Notes under the pieces: generated by a model | The model's database searches: none | Told to the model about the DNA's origin: nothing | The model's input: the letters and a program-made list of their open reading frames with translations, nothing else | Shown: positions 7,001 through 16,071 of the stretch, piece by piece | How the letters are laid out: each line of letters starts with the position of its first letter | How positions within the stretch are numbered: position 1 is the first letter of the stretch | Program-made: the position numbers and the translations under genes | Origin: Planctomycetota bacterium | Lineage (GTDB): Bacteria; Planctomycetota; Phycisphaerae; UBA1845 | DNA: 31,688 bases | NCBI GenBank assembly: GCA_024277835.1 | Contig: JAJRUK010000295.1 | Span: 1 to 31,688 of the forward strand | Direction of reading: 5' to 3'

Positions 7001-8662
7001 ATGAGTGATTTTCTGGTAGCTACATCGCCTGATCTTACGGGGTACGTCAGCCTCGTGAAGGTTGGGATTGTCGTTCTGCTGACGTTTGGCTGGGCCTATA
7101 GCGCTCAGTGGGTCGATCGCGATACGGACGTCGTGAAGACGCGGCGCGAGTATTGGAACGTCATTGTTCTCAGCGGCGGTCTCGTCGCGTTTTTTGTATT
7201 GCTTGTTGCGCCTTGGGAGGGCAACTTGTTTGCTGGCGGGGTTCTCGTCTGGGCGGCGATCGCGGGGGGAGCGATCGTTGCATACCTGTTCCATCGCAAC
7301 GCGCGCGTGACTCTAGACAATCGCGTCTGGACGATTGGCCATCTGAAGAGGTTGTTGTCCGGAAGCGGAAAAAAGGTTGTTTCGGATAAGGGGATGCGCG
7401 TCGAGATCGAGGACCACGATGGGAAGCATGCTGGCCTACCCGACGAGGCGGAGGAAGGTCGGGACTTCGACGCTGTGCAGGATTTTCTGTTTGATGTTCT
7501 CTGGCGACGGGCGAGCGATGTGGAAGTTGTTCCGACCAAGGAACGGTATCGAGTTGTTTACAAGATTGACGGGGTCGCGGAAGAGCAGGAAGACGGCCTT
7601 TCGCTAGAGGCGGGGGAACGGGTGTTGCGTTTCCTTAAGAAGACGGCGGGGCTGAATGTTGAGGAGATTCGCCGACCTCAGAGCGGCAAGATTTCTTGCG
7701 GTCTTCTTTCTGAAGGAGGCAAGCTCGGAGATACGGACATTCGCACTTCGGGGTCGATGGCGGGCGAGCGTTTGACGCTCAAGGTACGCACCGGTCCCGT
7801 GCTTGTCAGACTACCCGAGCTGGGGCTTGCCTCGAAACGACTCGAAACGTTGACGGCGCTCATTGCACAATCGAAGGGACTGGTTCTATTCTGCGCACCA
7901 CCGCATCACGGTACGACTACAACGCAGTACTCGGTCCTCAAGAGTCACGATGCGTACATCAACAATATCCACTCATTAGAGCGTGATCCGTTGATGGACG
8001 TGGATAATGTTACGCAAAACGCTTTTGAAGGGGCGAACACGGACGTCAATTTTGCGCGTTCCTTGCAGTCGGTGCTCCGTCGCGAGCCAGGGATCGTGCT
8101 CGTAGACAACTGCGAAGATCACGAGACCGCGCTGATCGCAGCGCGGGCGGCGGCTGAGAACCGTAAGATGTACATGGGACTTGAAGCGAAAGACTGTTTC
8201 GGCGGTCTTTCGCAATTCATGAAACTTCTGAACGACAATGAGCTTGCTGCCAAGAGCGTGATCGGGATCGTTGGGCAGCGTCTTGTCCGGGTTCTTTGTA
8301 AGGACTGTCGAGAGGCGTTCGTCCCGGATGCAGCCACCTTGAAGAAGCTGAACCTTCCGGCTGACAAGATCGAGCAGTTTTACCGCCCGCCAACGGAACC
8401 TCAGCTTGATCGCAAGGGTCGCCCGATTCTGTGCAAGAACTGCCGGGGTTCAGGGTACTTCGGTCGAACCGGGGTCTTTGAAGTGCTCACGGTGGATAGT
8501 GCGGTGGCGGCTCTGATCAAAGAAGGCGCACCGATGAGCCGCATCAAACCGCAGTGCCGAAAGAACAAGATGTACTACTTGCAGGAGGAAGCCCTTCTGA
8601 AAGTGATCGACGGAACGACGAGTATGAAGGAAGTGTTGCGTTGCCTGGGCGACGGCAAGTAG
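7001..8662 (+). CDS. PilB/GspE-family ATPase-like protein with N-terminal transmembrane helices and degenerate catalytic motifs
   Basis: RRASDVEV, RVVYKIDG, RRPQSGKI, QRLVRVLCKDC...CKNCRGSGYFGRTGVFEVL, KVIDGTTSMKEVLR match the PilB/GspE scaffold; three hydrophobic segments in the first ~100 aa. Confidence 0.85.
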   Translation: MSDFLVATSPDLTGYVSLVKVGIVVLLTFGWAYSAQWVDRDTDVVKTRREYWNVIVLSGGLVAFFVLLVAPWEGNLFAGGVLVWAAIAGGAIVAYLFHRNARVTLDNRVWTIGHLKRLLSGSGKKVVSDKGMRVEIEDHDGKHAGLPDEAEEGRDFDAVQDFLFDVLWRRASDVEVVPTKERYRVVYKIDGVAEEQEDGLSLEAGERVLRFLKKTAGLNVEEIRRPQSGKISCGLLSEGGKLGDTDIRTSGSMAGERLTLKVRTGPVLVRLPELGLASKRLETLTALIAQSKGLVLFCAPPHHGTTTTQYSVLKSHDAYINNIHSLERDPLMDVDNVTQNAFEGANTDVNFARSLQSVLRREPGIVLVDNCEDHETALIAARAAAENRKMYMGLEAKDCFGGLSQFMKLLNDNELAAKSVIGIVGQRLVRVLCKDCREAFVPDAATLKKLNLPADKIEQFYRPPTEPQLDRKGRPILCKNCRGSGYFGRTGVFEVLTVDSAVAALIKEGAPMSRIKPQCRKNKMYYLQEEALLKVIDGTTSMKEVLRCLGDGK

Positions 8663-8678
8663 GACGAATTAGAAAACC

Positions 8679-10532
8679 ATGCTATTTACAATCGCTGTAT
8701 CGGTACTCGTGATCGCCATCCTGTTTCGCCAGGCGACACTCGGTTTTTATAGCGCCTTACTCATGGCGGTGCTGACGGTTTGCTGCGGAGTTGCGGCGAT
8801 GGGGATGCACGAATGGGTCGCGGCGGAATTCGTGTCGAAGTATGTCAGTGAGGATTATGCGATGGCGGTCGGTCTGGCAGTCCCGTTTGGCATGATGCTG
8901 TTTGTGCTGCGCATCGTCGCCGACAAACTAATGCCTCGAACGTGCCTGCTCCCAGCAATGATTGATCGAATCGGGGGCGGGATTTGCGGTTTCTTCACAG
9001 CGATGACGATGGTCGGGATTGCCAGCCTGAGTCTTCAGATGCTTCCGTTGGGACGAGCGACGCTTGGTTTTCAGCGGATTCCAAGCTACGCAAAATCGAC
9101 CGACGGAACGCCTCTTCCCGCGCAGGACGCACCCGAGCGAGACTTGTGGTTTACACCGGATCGTTTTGTCGTGGAGATGACATCGCTGCTCTCAAGCCAG
9201 GTGTTCAGCAGTTCGCGAAATTTTTATCGCGAGCACCCCGATTATGTTGGTTCCATGGGGTCTGCCACAGCAGTGCCAAGCGGCGTCTCCATCTTCGCCC
9301 CGCCCAATAGCGTCACATTCGTTTCAACGGGCGAACCGGACGTTGTCTATTCGTTCAAAAAGGGCAAGAAAAACAACAACAGGAACAGCAATACACCGGA
9401 CGTACCGGATGAGTACAATCCGATTGAGCCGCGTAGCGGCTATGAGTTCCGATCGGTTCGGGTGAAACTCGGAAAATCTGCGGAACGCAAGAAGAAACAC
9501 CTGTTCACGATCAGGCAATTTCGACTCGTGGGCCAGGACGCAAACGGAAGACCCCATGTCGTTCCAGCGAGTGCGATCCAGCAGGCGAGCACTGACGAAT
9601 CGGTGAACAGACACATCCGAGTCATGCAGGAACGAAAGGGCGATCGCCCGATTCTTGATGACGTGCTTAGTCCGCGCGAAGTGAACAGCGAGGTCGAGGT
9701 TGTCTTCGAGGTGCCAACCGGATTCCAACCTTCGTTCCTCGAGTATAAACTAGGTGCGCGGGTGGACGTCAACTTCGCATCGTCACAAGGCGGGACACCG
9801 AACAGGCCTTCCCCGTCGGAGACAGACACGGCGAATGATTCGCGAACAGACGCGGGACGAAGCGGCGGGGGCAGGACGGTGGCTGCCCCGGTTACAGATG
9901 GTTCGACATCAGCCAATAGCAGCGGGCGATCGGGTCGACGCCGACGTGGCGGCAACGTCCGGAGGGCGACGACGCGAGCTGATCTGTCCTTTTTCGGCGA
10001 CGCGATGCCCATGGAGCTAAAATCGTACCAACAAGAGCCAAACGTCGAAATCAGTCGCGGCCTGCTCAAGAACGGACATATCGTTGGTGAGGTTGCAAAG
10101 CAATCGACGGGATCGGATGCGTCGATCACGAAATTCGCCGTCCCGTCTGACAAGCGTCTGTTGCAACTCAATACCCAGTTTCTTGGGGCCAAGAGCATCT
10201 TCGGAAAGGCCCTTGGGCAAGCGGTCAAAGTCGCGGGGAACTTTTTTGTAACGGACGAGGATGGCGCTCGTCACAAAATCATCGGGAAGTACGCAATCGC
10301 TTCGGTCAACGGGACGAAGTTTATCGAGGTACAGTATTTCCCAGAGCAGGCGGGGACGGTTGGCGGAATCGGCGTGTTCTCGAAAATCAAAGACCAATAT
10401 CTCACCGGCGACTACACGCTGGTTTATCTTTTTCTGGTTGAACCCGGCAAGCTCATCACGGACTTCAATACGGGCGGGAGTGCGACGCGGGCGGATGATC
10501 TTCGCAGCGCGAATCTCGTTGCACCCAAATAG
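8679..10532 (+). CDS. CvpA-like membrane domain fused to a large extracytoplasmic beta-rich region
   Basis: Four hydrophobic helices in the first ~125 aa with DRIGGGICG (CvpA DRxLGxxxG pattern); later EVEVVFEVP motif, a Ser/Gly/Arg-rich linker and a second beta-rich domain. Confidence 0.6.
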   Translation: MLFTIAVSVLVIAILFRQATLGFYSALLMAVLTVCCGVAAMGMHEWVAAEFVSKYVSEDYAMAVGLAVPFGMMLFVLRIVADKLMPRTCLLPAMIDRIGGGICGFFTAMTMVGIASLSLQMLPLGRATLGFQRIPSYAKSTDGTPLPAQDAPERDLWFTPDRFVVEMTSLLSSQVFSSSRNFYREHPDYVGSMGSATAVPSGVSIFAPPNSVTFVSTGEPDVVYSFKKGKKNNNRNSNTPDVPDEYNPIEPRSGYEFRSVRVKLGKSAERKKKHLFTIRQFRLVGQDANGRPHVVPASAIQQASTDESVNRHIRVMQERKGDRPILDDVLSPREVNSEVEVVFEVPTGFQPSFLEYKLGARVDVNFASSQGGTPNRPSPSETDTANDSRTDAGRSGGGRTVAAPVTDGSTSANSSGRSGRRRRGGNVRRATTRADLSFFGDAMPMELKSYQQEPNVEISRGLLKNGHIVGEVAKQSTGSDASITKFAVPSDKRLLQLNTQFLGAKSIFGKALGQAVKVAGNFFVTDEDGARHKIIGKYAIASVNGTKFIEVQYFPEQAGTVGGIGVFSKIKDQYLTGDYTLVYLFLVEPGKLITDFNTGGSATRADDLRSANLVAPK

Positions 10533-10623
10533 GCCCCGGCCCCCTACCGCTTTTCACCCTGATCACTACCACAACTCTTTCCCGTTTGAATCTTGCTCGA
10601 TCGCCCCGTAGAATCGCCCCATC

Positions 10624-11667
10624 GTGCCGAATCTGATCCACCATATTGTTGATACTTCCAAGACCGACGTCGGCTCGGTTACGCCGCTTGTGCAGGGATT
10701 GATTGCAGAGCTGGCGGATCGTGGGTTCTCATGTTCACTCAACCATGCGATGGATGATCCGCACGAAACAGGCATCGAAGCGACGCGCGAGGCGGATGTC
10801 GTTCATATCCATGCGTGCAACTACGAAGCGATGATCGGGGCGGCGTGGCTTGCGAAAAGACTTGGGAAGCCGTTTGTCATCTCACCTGCGGGTGAGCTTG
10901 CGGCAGCTGCCATTCGTCGGCATCCCTGGCGGGTACGTTGGCGCGGGATGCTTTACGAGCGGCGAACCATTGGACGCGCATCCGTGATGCTCGGTCAAAA
11001 CGACGCGGAGGCAGAAGCCCTTCGCCAGCGATACCGTCGCGAGGTGTCGGTCTTGCCCTACGGGATTTCTTCGGAGAGGGCCAACGTCGAACGAAAAGCC
11101 CCCGACGTCGCACCGTCGGCAGGTCGAAACGACCGGTGCGTTCTGATGCTCGCTCCGATCGAGCCAAAAACTGGATGTGCAACGCTGCTAAAAGCGTTCG
11201 CGGAAATCGGTCCGGACGCCAACGACTGGCGTCTGGTGATTGCGGGCAGCGATCGTGGTGAGTATCGAAAGATGCTCGAGGCCGCGATTCGTCGAAAGGG
11301 CGGCGGTGATCGTGTCGAGCTTCTGACAGCCAACGATGAAAAAGCCGAGGATGCGCTTCTTGCTAAGGCGGACGTACTGGTTGCACCATCATTGGAAGCT
11401 GGTCATGCAACGTCGATTTTGAAAGCGGCCTCTCTTGGTGTACCCATTTTGGCGAGTCGGCAAGTATTGCCGGATGCGCTGGATAAGGCTGTGGTTGCTT
11501 GCGAGGCGGATCGGGCGGGAATACGTGAGGGACTTCGCCGAATGGTCAAACTCACAGACCAGGAGCGGTCGGAACTCATCGAGCGAGCCAAAGGCGTGAT
11601 CCGCGAGACGCTCGATTGGCGAATTCTGGCGGATCAGTACGTTAGCTTGTACAACTCGCTCGCATGA
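10624..11667 (+). CDS. Glycosyltransferase family 4 (GT-B) fold protein with atypical catalytic motif
   Basis: ADVVHIH, KPFVISPAG, VLPYGI, LVIAGS, ADVLVAPS...GVPILAS and DWRILADQYVSLY match the GT4 layout; GTG start. Confidence 0.8.
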   Translation: MPNLIHHIVDTSKTDVGSVTPLVQGLIAELADRGFSCSLNHAMDDPHETGIEATREADVVHIHACNYEAMIGAAWLAKRLGKPFVISPAGELAAAAIRRHPWRVRWRGMLYERRTIGRASVMLGQNDAEAEALRQRYRREVSVLPYGISSERANVERKAPDVAPSAGRNDRCVLMLAPIEPKTGCATLLKAFAEIGPDANDWRLVIAGSDRGEYRKMLEAAIRRKGGGDRVELLTANDEKAEDALLAKADVLVAPSLEAGHATSILKAASLGVPILASRQVLPDALDKAVVACEADRAGIREGLRRMVKLTDQERSELIERAKGVIRETLDWRILADQYVSLYNSLA

Positions 11668-11707
11668 AAGCGGCGCGTTTGGCGCAGCGTATGTTGCGGA
11701 CGAAACC

Positions 11708-13849
11708 ATGAACCCCTCTATCATTTCAGCAGACAAAAAGAACCGTGCCCCCGATCAGGCGTTTCGCGCGCGTGAATTCGGACGGGTTGTCGCGCTGACG
11801 CGAAATCATCGACGGGGGTTGATCTTTGGATTGATCATCACGGTCGGGTTTGCGGGCTTGCACACCATTAGCATCGCGGGCACGTTTCCGATCTTTCAGG
11901 TGCTTCTCGAAAAAGAAGGACTTCATGGGTGGATCGACCGGGCAGTGGTTGAAAATCGCCTTGGACTGACGATCGCCCCGCTATCCGACGACGACGTCGC
12001 CCGGATCATTAAAGTCGAAGAAGGCGGGGTCGCAGCCGAAGCAGGGATTGGGGCGGGGGATGAAATCCACAGTCCGACCGAACTTGCGATTCGACCATTC
12101 TTCGACTCGCTCGCGAATACGGAAGATGGCGGCGAGATTCTCATAGTTGCAGGTCCGCCGGGGACATTGCGAGAAATCCCCTTACACCCGAACGCGCCCG
12201 AAGTGCAGACAAAGCTGCTGCAATGGGTCGCAACGTATCTGCCACCGGATGGTCCTGACTCGAAACTCAAGACGCTGGGCGGAATTTTGATCGCCGTCGT
12301 TTGCATCGTGATTTTCGCGAACATTCTTCGCTTTGCTGGTGAACTATTGGTAGCGACAGCCGTGTTGCGATCAATGATGGACCTGCGTGACCGGTTGTAC
12401 GAACGGATTCTGCATCTGCCCATGTCCTACTTTTCGGGAGGCGAGACGTCTGACCTTGTTACGCGATTCGTTCAGGACGTGCAGGAGATTCAGCGAGGAT
12501 TGGTGACGTTATTCGGTAAGGCCATCCGCGAGCCGATGCGGGCGATGTTTTTGATCGCACTTGCGCTGGCGTTCGATTGGCGTGTGACGATGACGATCGT
12601 GGTCGTGGTTCCGTTTACGGTCGTGATCTTCCTTGCGGTCGGGCGGAAGGCGAAAAAAGCGAATCGCCGATTGCTCGTTGCCTATGGAAACATGATCGGT
12701 GCGTTAACGACGAGTCTTCAGAATCTTCGCGTAGTCAAAGCGTACACCGCCGAGTCGCACGAGCAGAAATGCCTTGACACCGTCGATAAACGGATGCTCG
12801 CGCAACAGATCAAACTCGCACGACTCGATGCGTTTCTTAGTCCAATGATGGAGACGCTTGCGGTGTTGGCGGGAAGTCTTCTGACAGTTTGGCTTGCGAG
12901 TCGTGTCTTGGATCAAACGCTGTCGCTGTCGAAATTCGCCGGTCTGGGTGTTGCGCTGTCAATGCTGTTTGATCCGCTTCGGAAACTTACGGACGTTTAT
13001 GTACGTATTCAGCGATCGACGGCCGGGGCGGAACGCATCTTTTCGATTCTAGATCACCCGCCCGAGACGAGCGACTGCACGGACGCGAAAAACATCGAGC
13101 TATTGCAGCGAACGATCGACATCGACGACGTTTCATTTACGTATCCCGGTGCGTCGAAGCCAGCGCTCGACGGCGTGTCTCTGACGATCGAAAAAGGCGA
13201 GACGATCGCGATCGTTGGCCCCAATGGATGCGGAAAAACGACGCTGGTGAGTATGCTGCCGCGACTGTTCGACCCGGACTCGGGAGAGATTCGCTTCGAT
13301 GATCGATGCACCAAGAAAGCGACGTTATTGAGTTTGCGACGACAGATCGGACTCGTCAGTCAGGACGCGGTCGTCTTCGCCGGAACGCCCATCGAAAACA
13401 TCACCTACGGCACACACGGCGTTGACCGCAGTCGCGTTGAAGAAGCTGCGGCAAAGGCGTACGCCGACGAGTTCATTCGCGAGCTGCCCGGGGGCTACGA
13501 AGCAGCCCTCGGCGAGCGCGGGACAACGCTATAGGGCGGGCAACGGCAGCGACTCGCGATCGCGCGTGCGATCTATCGCGACGCCCCGATCCTCATTTTC
13601 GACGAAGCAACTAGCCAAATCGACGCGGAGTCCGAACAAAAGATTCAGACCGCGCTGCGCGAATTCTCCAAAGAACGAACGACAATCATCATCGCCCATC
13701 GCCTCAGCACGATCCAATTCGCCGATCGAATTGTCGTTATGGATGCCGGGAAAGTCGTCGATGCGGGAACGCACAAACAACTCTACGACCGGTGCAAACT
13801 CTACAAAACGCTGTGTGATACGCAATTTGTCGCAGAGGCGGCTGCGTGA
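11708..13849 (+). pseudogene. MsbA-like ABC exporter (TMD+NBD) with a PDZ-like insertion, interrupted by an in-frame TAG at 13532-13534
   Basis: Walker A GPNGCGKTT and Q-loop LVSQD precede [40 protein letters not shown]...[23 protein letters not shown], which continues in frame for 104 further codons to TGA 13847-13849. Confidence 0.85.
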
Positions 13850-13863
13850 AGCATCGAACGGAT

Positions 13864-13887
13864 GCACCGGTTACAAACCGGTACCAC
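13864..13887 (+). repeat. REP-like palindrome GCACCGGTTACAAACCGGT(A)CCAC, solo copy
   Basis: Matches the copies at 14851, 23032, 23080, 29061 and 29108. Confidence 0.85.
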
Positions 13888-13939
13888 ACAGGATATGTTC
13901 CCGTTCAATACAAGAGTGGCAGTCTGATTTCGACGTCTG

Positions 13940-14821
13940 TTATCGCCGTGCTTGCACATAGCACATTAGTTTGTACGCGAGGCGGGCGGCGAGGAATTCT
14001 GTGACTGCTTGGCCGGGGATTGGCATGACCTCGACGACGTCCGCACCGACGACGGTCTTCTCAGCCGCGACGAGTCGCAGCAGGCTTGTTACCTGATACC
14101 AGTCGAGTCCGCCGGGTTCGGGGGTTCCGGTTCCGGGAGCGAAAGCAGGATCGAACCCGTCGATGTCGATCGTGATATAGACCTTCTCGCCGAGTGTATC
14201 GAGAACGCGGTCGACCCAGTCGTCATCGGACAGGGTTTGCCTTGCGGTGATGGGAGTGATTGGATTGGTCTTGGAACGCTTTAGGAATTTGTGCTCTTCC
14301 GCGCAAACGTTTCGGATTCCCACCGGAACAATCGTCGCCCCGTACTCATGGACCCGCCGCATGACGCTGGCGTGAGAATAGGGCGTACCTTCGTAGGTGT
14401 CGCGCAAATCAAGATGGGCGTCGATTTGAAGGACCGAGAGTTTTTTGTGCTTGGTCATCACCGCTCGGATCAAACCCGACGTCACGCCGTGCTCGCCGCC
14501 GAGACCAAACAAAAACTTGCCGTCTTTGACCACTCTTCGTGCAGCCTTGAAGATTGATTCGTGCATCGCCTGGGGACTCGCCATCTCCGGCGCTAGCGGG
14601 TCGAGCGTTGCGACCCCTGCCTTGAAAAACTCCGCCTCCAGCTCCTCGTCAAAAAGCTCGACCTGCTGGGATGCTTTAATGATCGAAGCCGGTCCATGTC
14701 GAGTCCCGGGAAGAAAGCTCGTCGTAGAATCGTAAGGGATCGGCAGAACGGCAAATTGCGATGTCTTGTAATCGCTGAATTTCGGTTCCAGACCAAGAAA
14801 GTTGTCGGGGACGGTGGCCAT
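13940..14821 (-). CDS. speB: Agmatinase / ureohydrolase
   Basis: GGEH, DAHLDLRD, HAS, DIDGFDP and PGTGTPEPGGL ureohydrolase metal-binding motifs. Confidence 0.92.
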   Translation of the reverse strand: MATVPDNFLGLEPKFSDYKTSQFAVLPIPYDSTTSFLPGTRHGPASIIKASQQVELFDEELEAEFFKAGVATLDPLAPEMASPQAMHESIFKAARRVVKDGKFLFGLGGEHGVTSGLIRAVMTKHKKLSVLQIDAHLDLRDTYEGTPYSHASVMRRVHEYGATIVPVGIRNVCAEEHKFLKRSKTNPITPITARQTLSDDDWVDRVLDTLGEKVYITIDIDGFDPAFAPGTGTPEPGGLDWYQVTSLLRLVAAEKTVVGADVVEVMPIPGQAVTEFLAARLAYKLMCYVQARR

Positions 14822-14850
14822 TGGTTTTGATCTCCAAAGCTACGACCGAT

Positions 14851-14874
14851 GCACCGGTTACAAACCGGTGCCAC
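14851..14874 (+). repeat. REP-like palindrome GCACCGGTTACAAACCGGTGCCAC, solo copy
   Basis: Identical to 29108-29131. Confidence 0.85.
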
Positions 14875-14909
14875 ACTTTGTGGCTTCGCCAAGGGGAACC
14901 GAATGCTTG

Positions 14910-16046
14910 CTAAATCTTGCGAAACTCTTCGAGTTGACCCGATTCGGTGAGGGCTTTCTTGCCGGCTGCTTTCAGCGTCGCGGTCATTTCGCCAAGTCGC
15001 GAGTAGAGTTTTCGCTGGCTGCGCTTCTTGCAACGCACCAGCGCGTATTGAGCGATCAGCGGCAGCGTGATCGACGCGCATGAGTACACCACGACGTTGT
15101 TCACGCGAGCATCTTTGACCTTGCCCCAGCTCTTCGCCTCGCTCGGAGTCGCCCCGGACAACCCGCCCCAATGCGGCGAGTCCGTCGTCAGTTGCAGAAA
15201 ATAATCGTGGCCGCCCTTGGACGGGTCCATAAGAATTTGATGCAGCGTTGGCTGAGTTTGAAGGTAGAAGTTCTTCGGAGAACCGCCGCCCACCTCAATC
15301 ACGCCATTTTTCTCAGCGTCGCGAACGATCGCAGTCGTTTCGATAATGTCGAGCATCGGATTCAGATGCACCTCTTGCTCGAACAGATGCGGAACGATCA
15401 GATTCATCCCGATCGAAGAATCGCCCGGCGACGACGTAAAAATCGGAACGTGATGCTTCGCCGCACAGGCCACGAAAGACTTCTCAGGATGCGGCGCAAC
15501 CTCGCCGACGCATTCTCCGAGCTTCTGATGAAGAGTCGCCGTCGAAAAAGGCTTGGAAACGTCGATCGATTTGACCGCTTTCATGATGACCTTGTCGGTG
15601 GCCATCAGCGTGTCTTCGTCGGCGATGAAAACATCGTAAATCCGCGCAACCCCAATCTCGCCCAGCTCATTATCATCCACGTCAGGACTGCCCTGAACCA
15701 TCGGGAAATCGAAGGGTCGATGCAAATCGTGATAGAGATTCGCCCCGGTCGAAATAATAAAATCAATAAACCCCGCATCGATCAACGAAATCAGCACACC
15801 GCTCATGCCAATCGGCGTCATCGCCCCCGCAAGCGTCAACCCGACCGTAGCGTTGTCATCGATCATGCGAGCGAAGAGCTGAGCCCCCTCCGCGAGTCGC
15901 CGTCCGTTGAATCCGCTGCGAGCGTAGACGTTGTCGATCATGTCGGCGACAGCTTCGTTTCCGCCAAGGGCGAGCGGCTCAATCGTCGGCGCATTAAGCC
16001 AATCCGCCTCGGTCGCTTTCGCTGTTTTTTTCTGACATGGGTGCAT
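14910..16046 (-). CDS. Deoxyhypusine synthase-like protein (probable homospermidine synthase, SpeY-type)
   Basis: LTLAGAMTPIGM, ISTGANLYHD, GDSSIG, GGGSPKNF, TTDSPHWGGLSGATPSEAKSWGK (catalytic Lys). Start reassigned to ATG 16046; the track's extra 78 aa overlap pdaD in another frame. Confidence 0.88.
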   Translation of the reverse strand: MHPCQKKTAKATEADWLNAPTIEPLALGGNEAVADMIDNVYARSGFNGRRLAEGAQLFARMIDDNATVGLTLAGAMTPIGMSGVLISLIDAGFIDFIISTGANLYHDLHRPFDFPMVQGSPDVDDNELGEIGVARIYDVFIADEDTLMATDKVIMKAVKSIDVSKPFSTATLHQKLGECVGEVAPHPEKSFVACAAKHHVPIFTSSPGDSSIGMNLIVPHLFEQEVHLNPMLDIIETTAIVRDAEKNGVIEVGGGSPKNFYLQTQPTLHQILMDPSKGGHDYFLQLTTDSPHWGGLSGATPSEAKSWGKVKDARVNNVVVYSCASITLPLIAQYALVRCKKRSQRKLYSRLGEMTATLKAAGKKALTESGQLEEFRKI

Positions 16047-16071
16047 GTTGGAATCTCGCGAGCGATGACGT

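Noticed and set aside
13532-13534. Pyrrolysine or genome-wide TAG recoding
   Set aside because: TAG is the normal stop of several genes here, the position requires Ser, and no pyl genes are in the window.
13422-13961. Track ORF 13422..13961 as a separate gene for the ABC C-terminus
   Set aside because: Wrong frame; the real NBD continuation is in the frame of 11708..13534, after the TAG.
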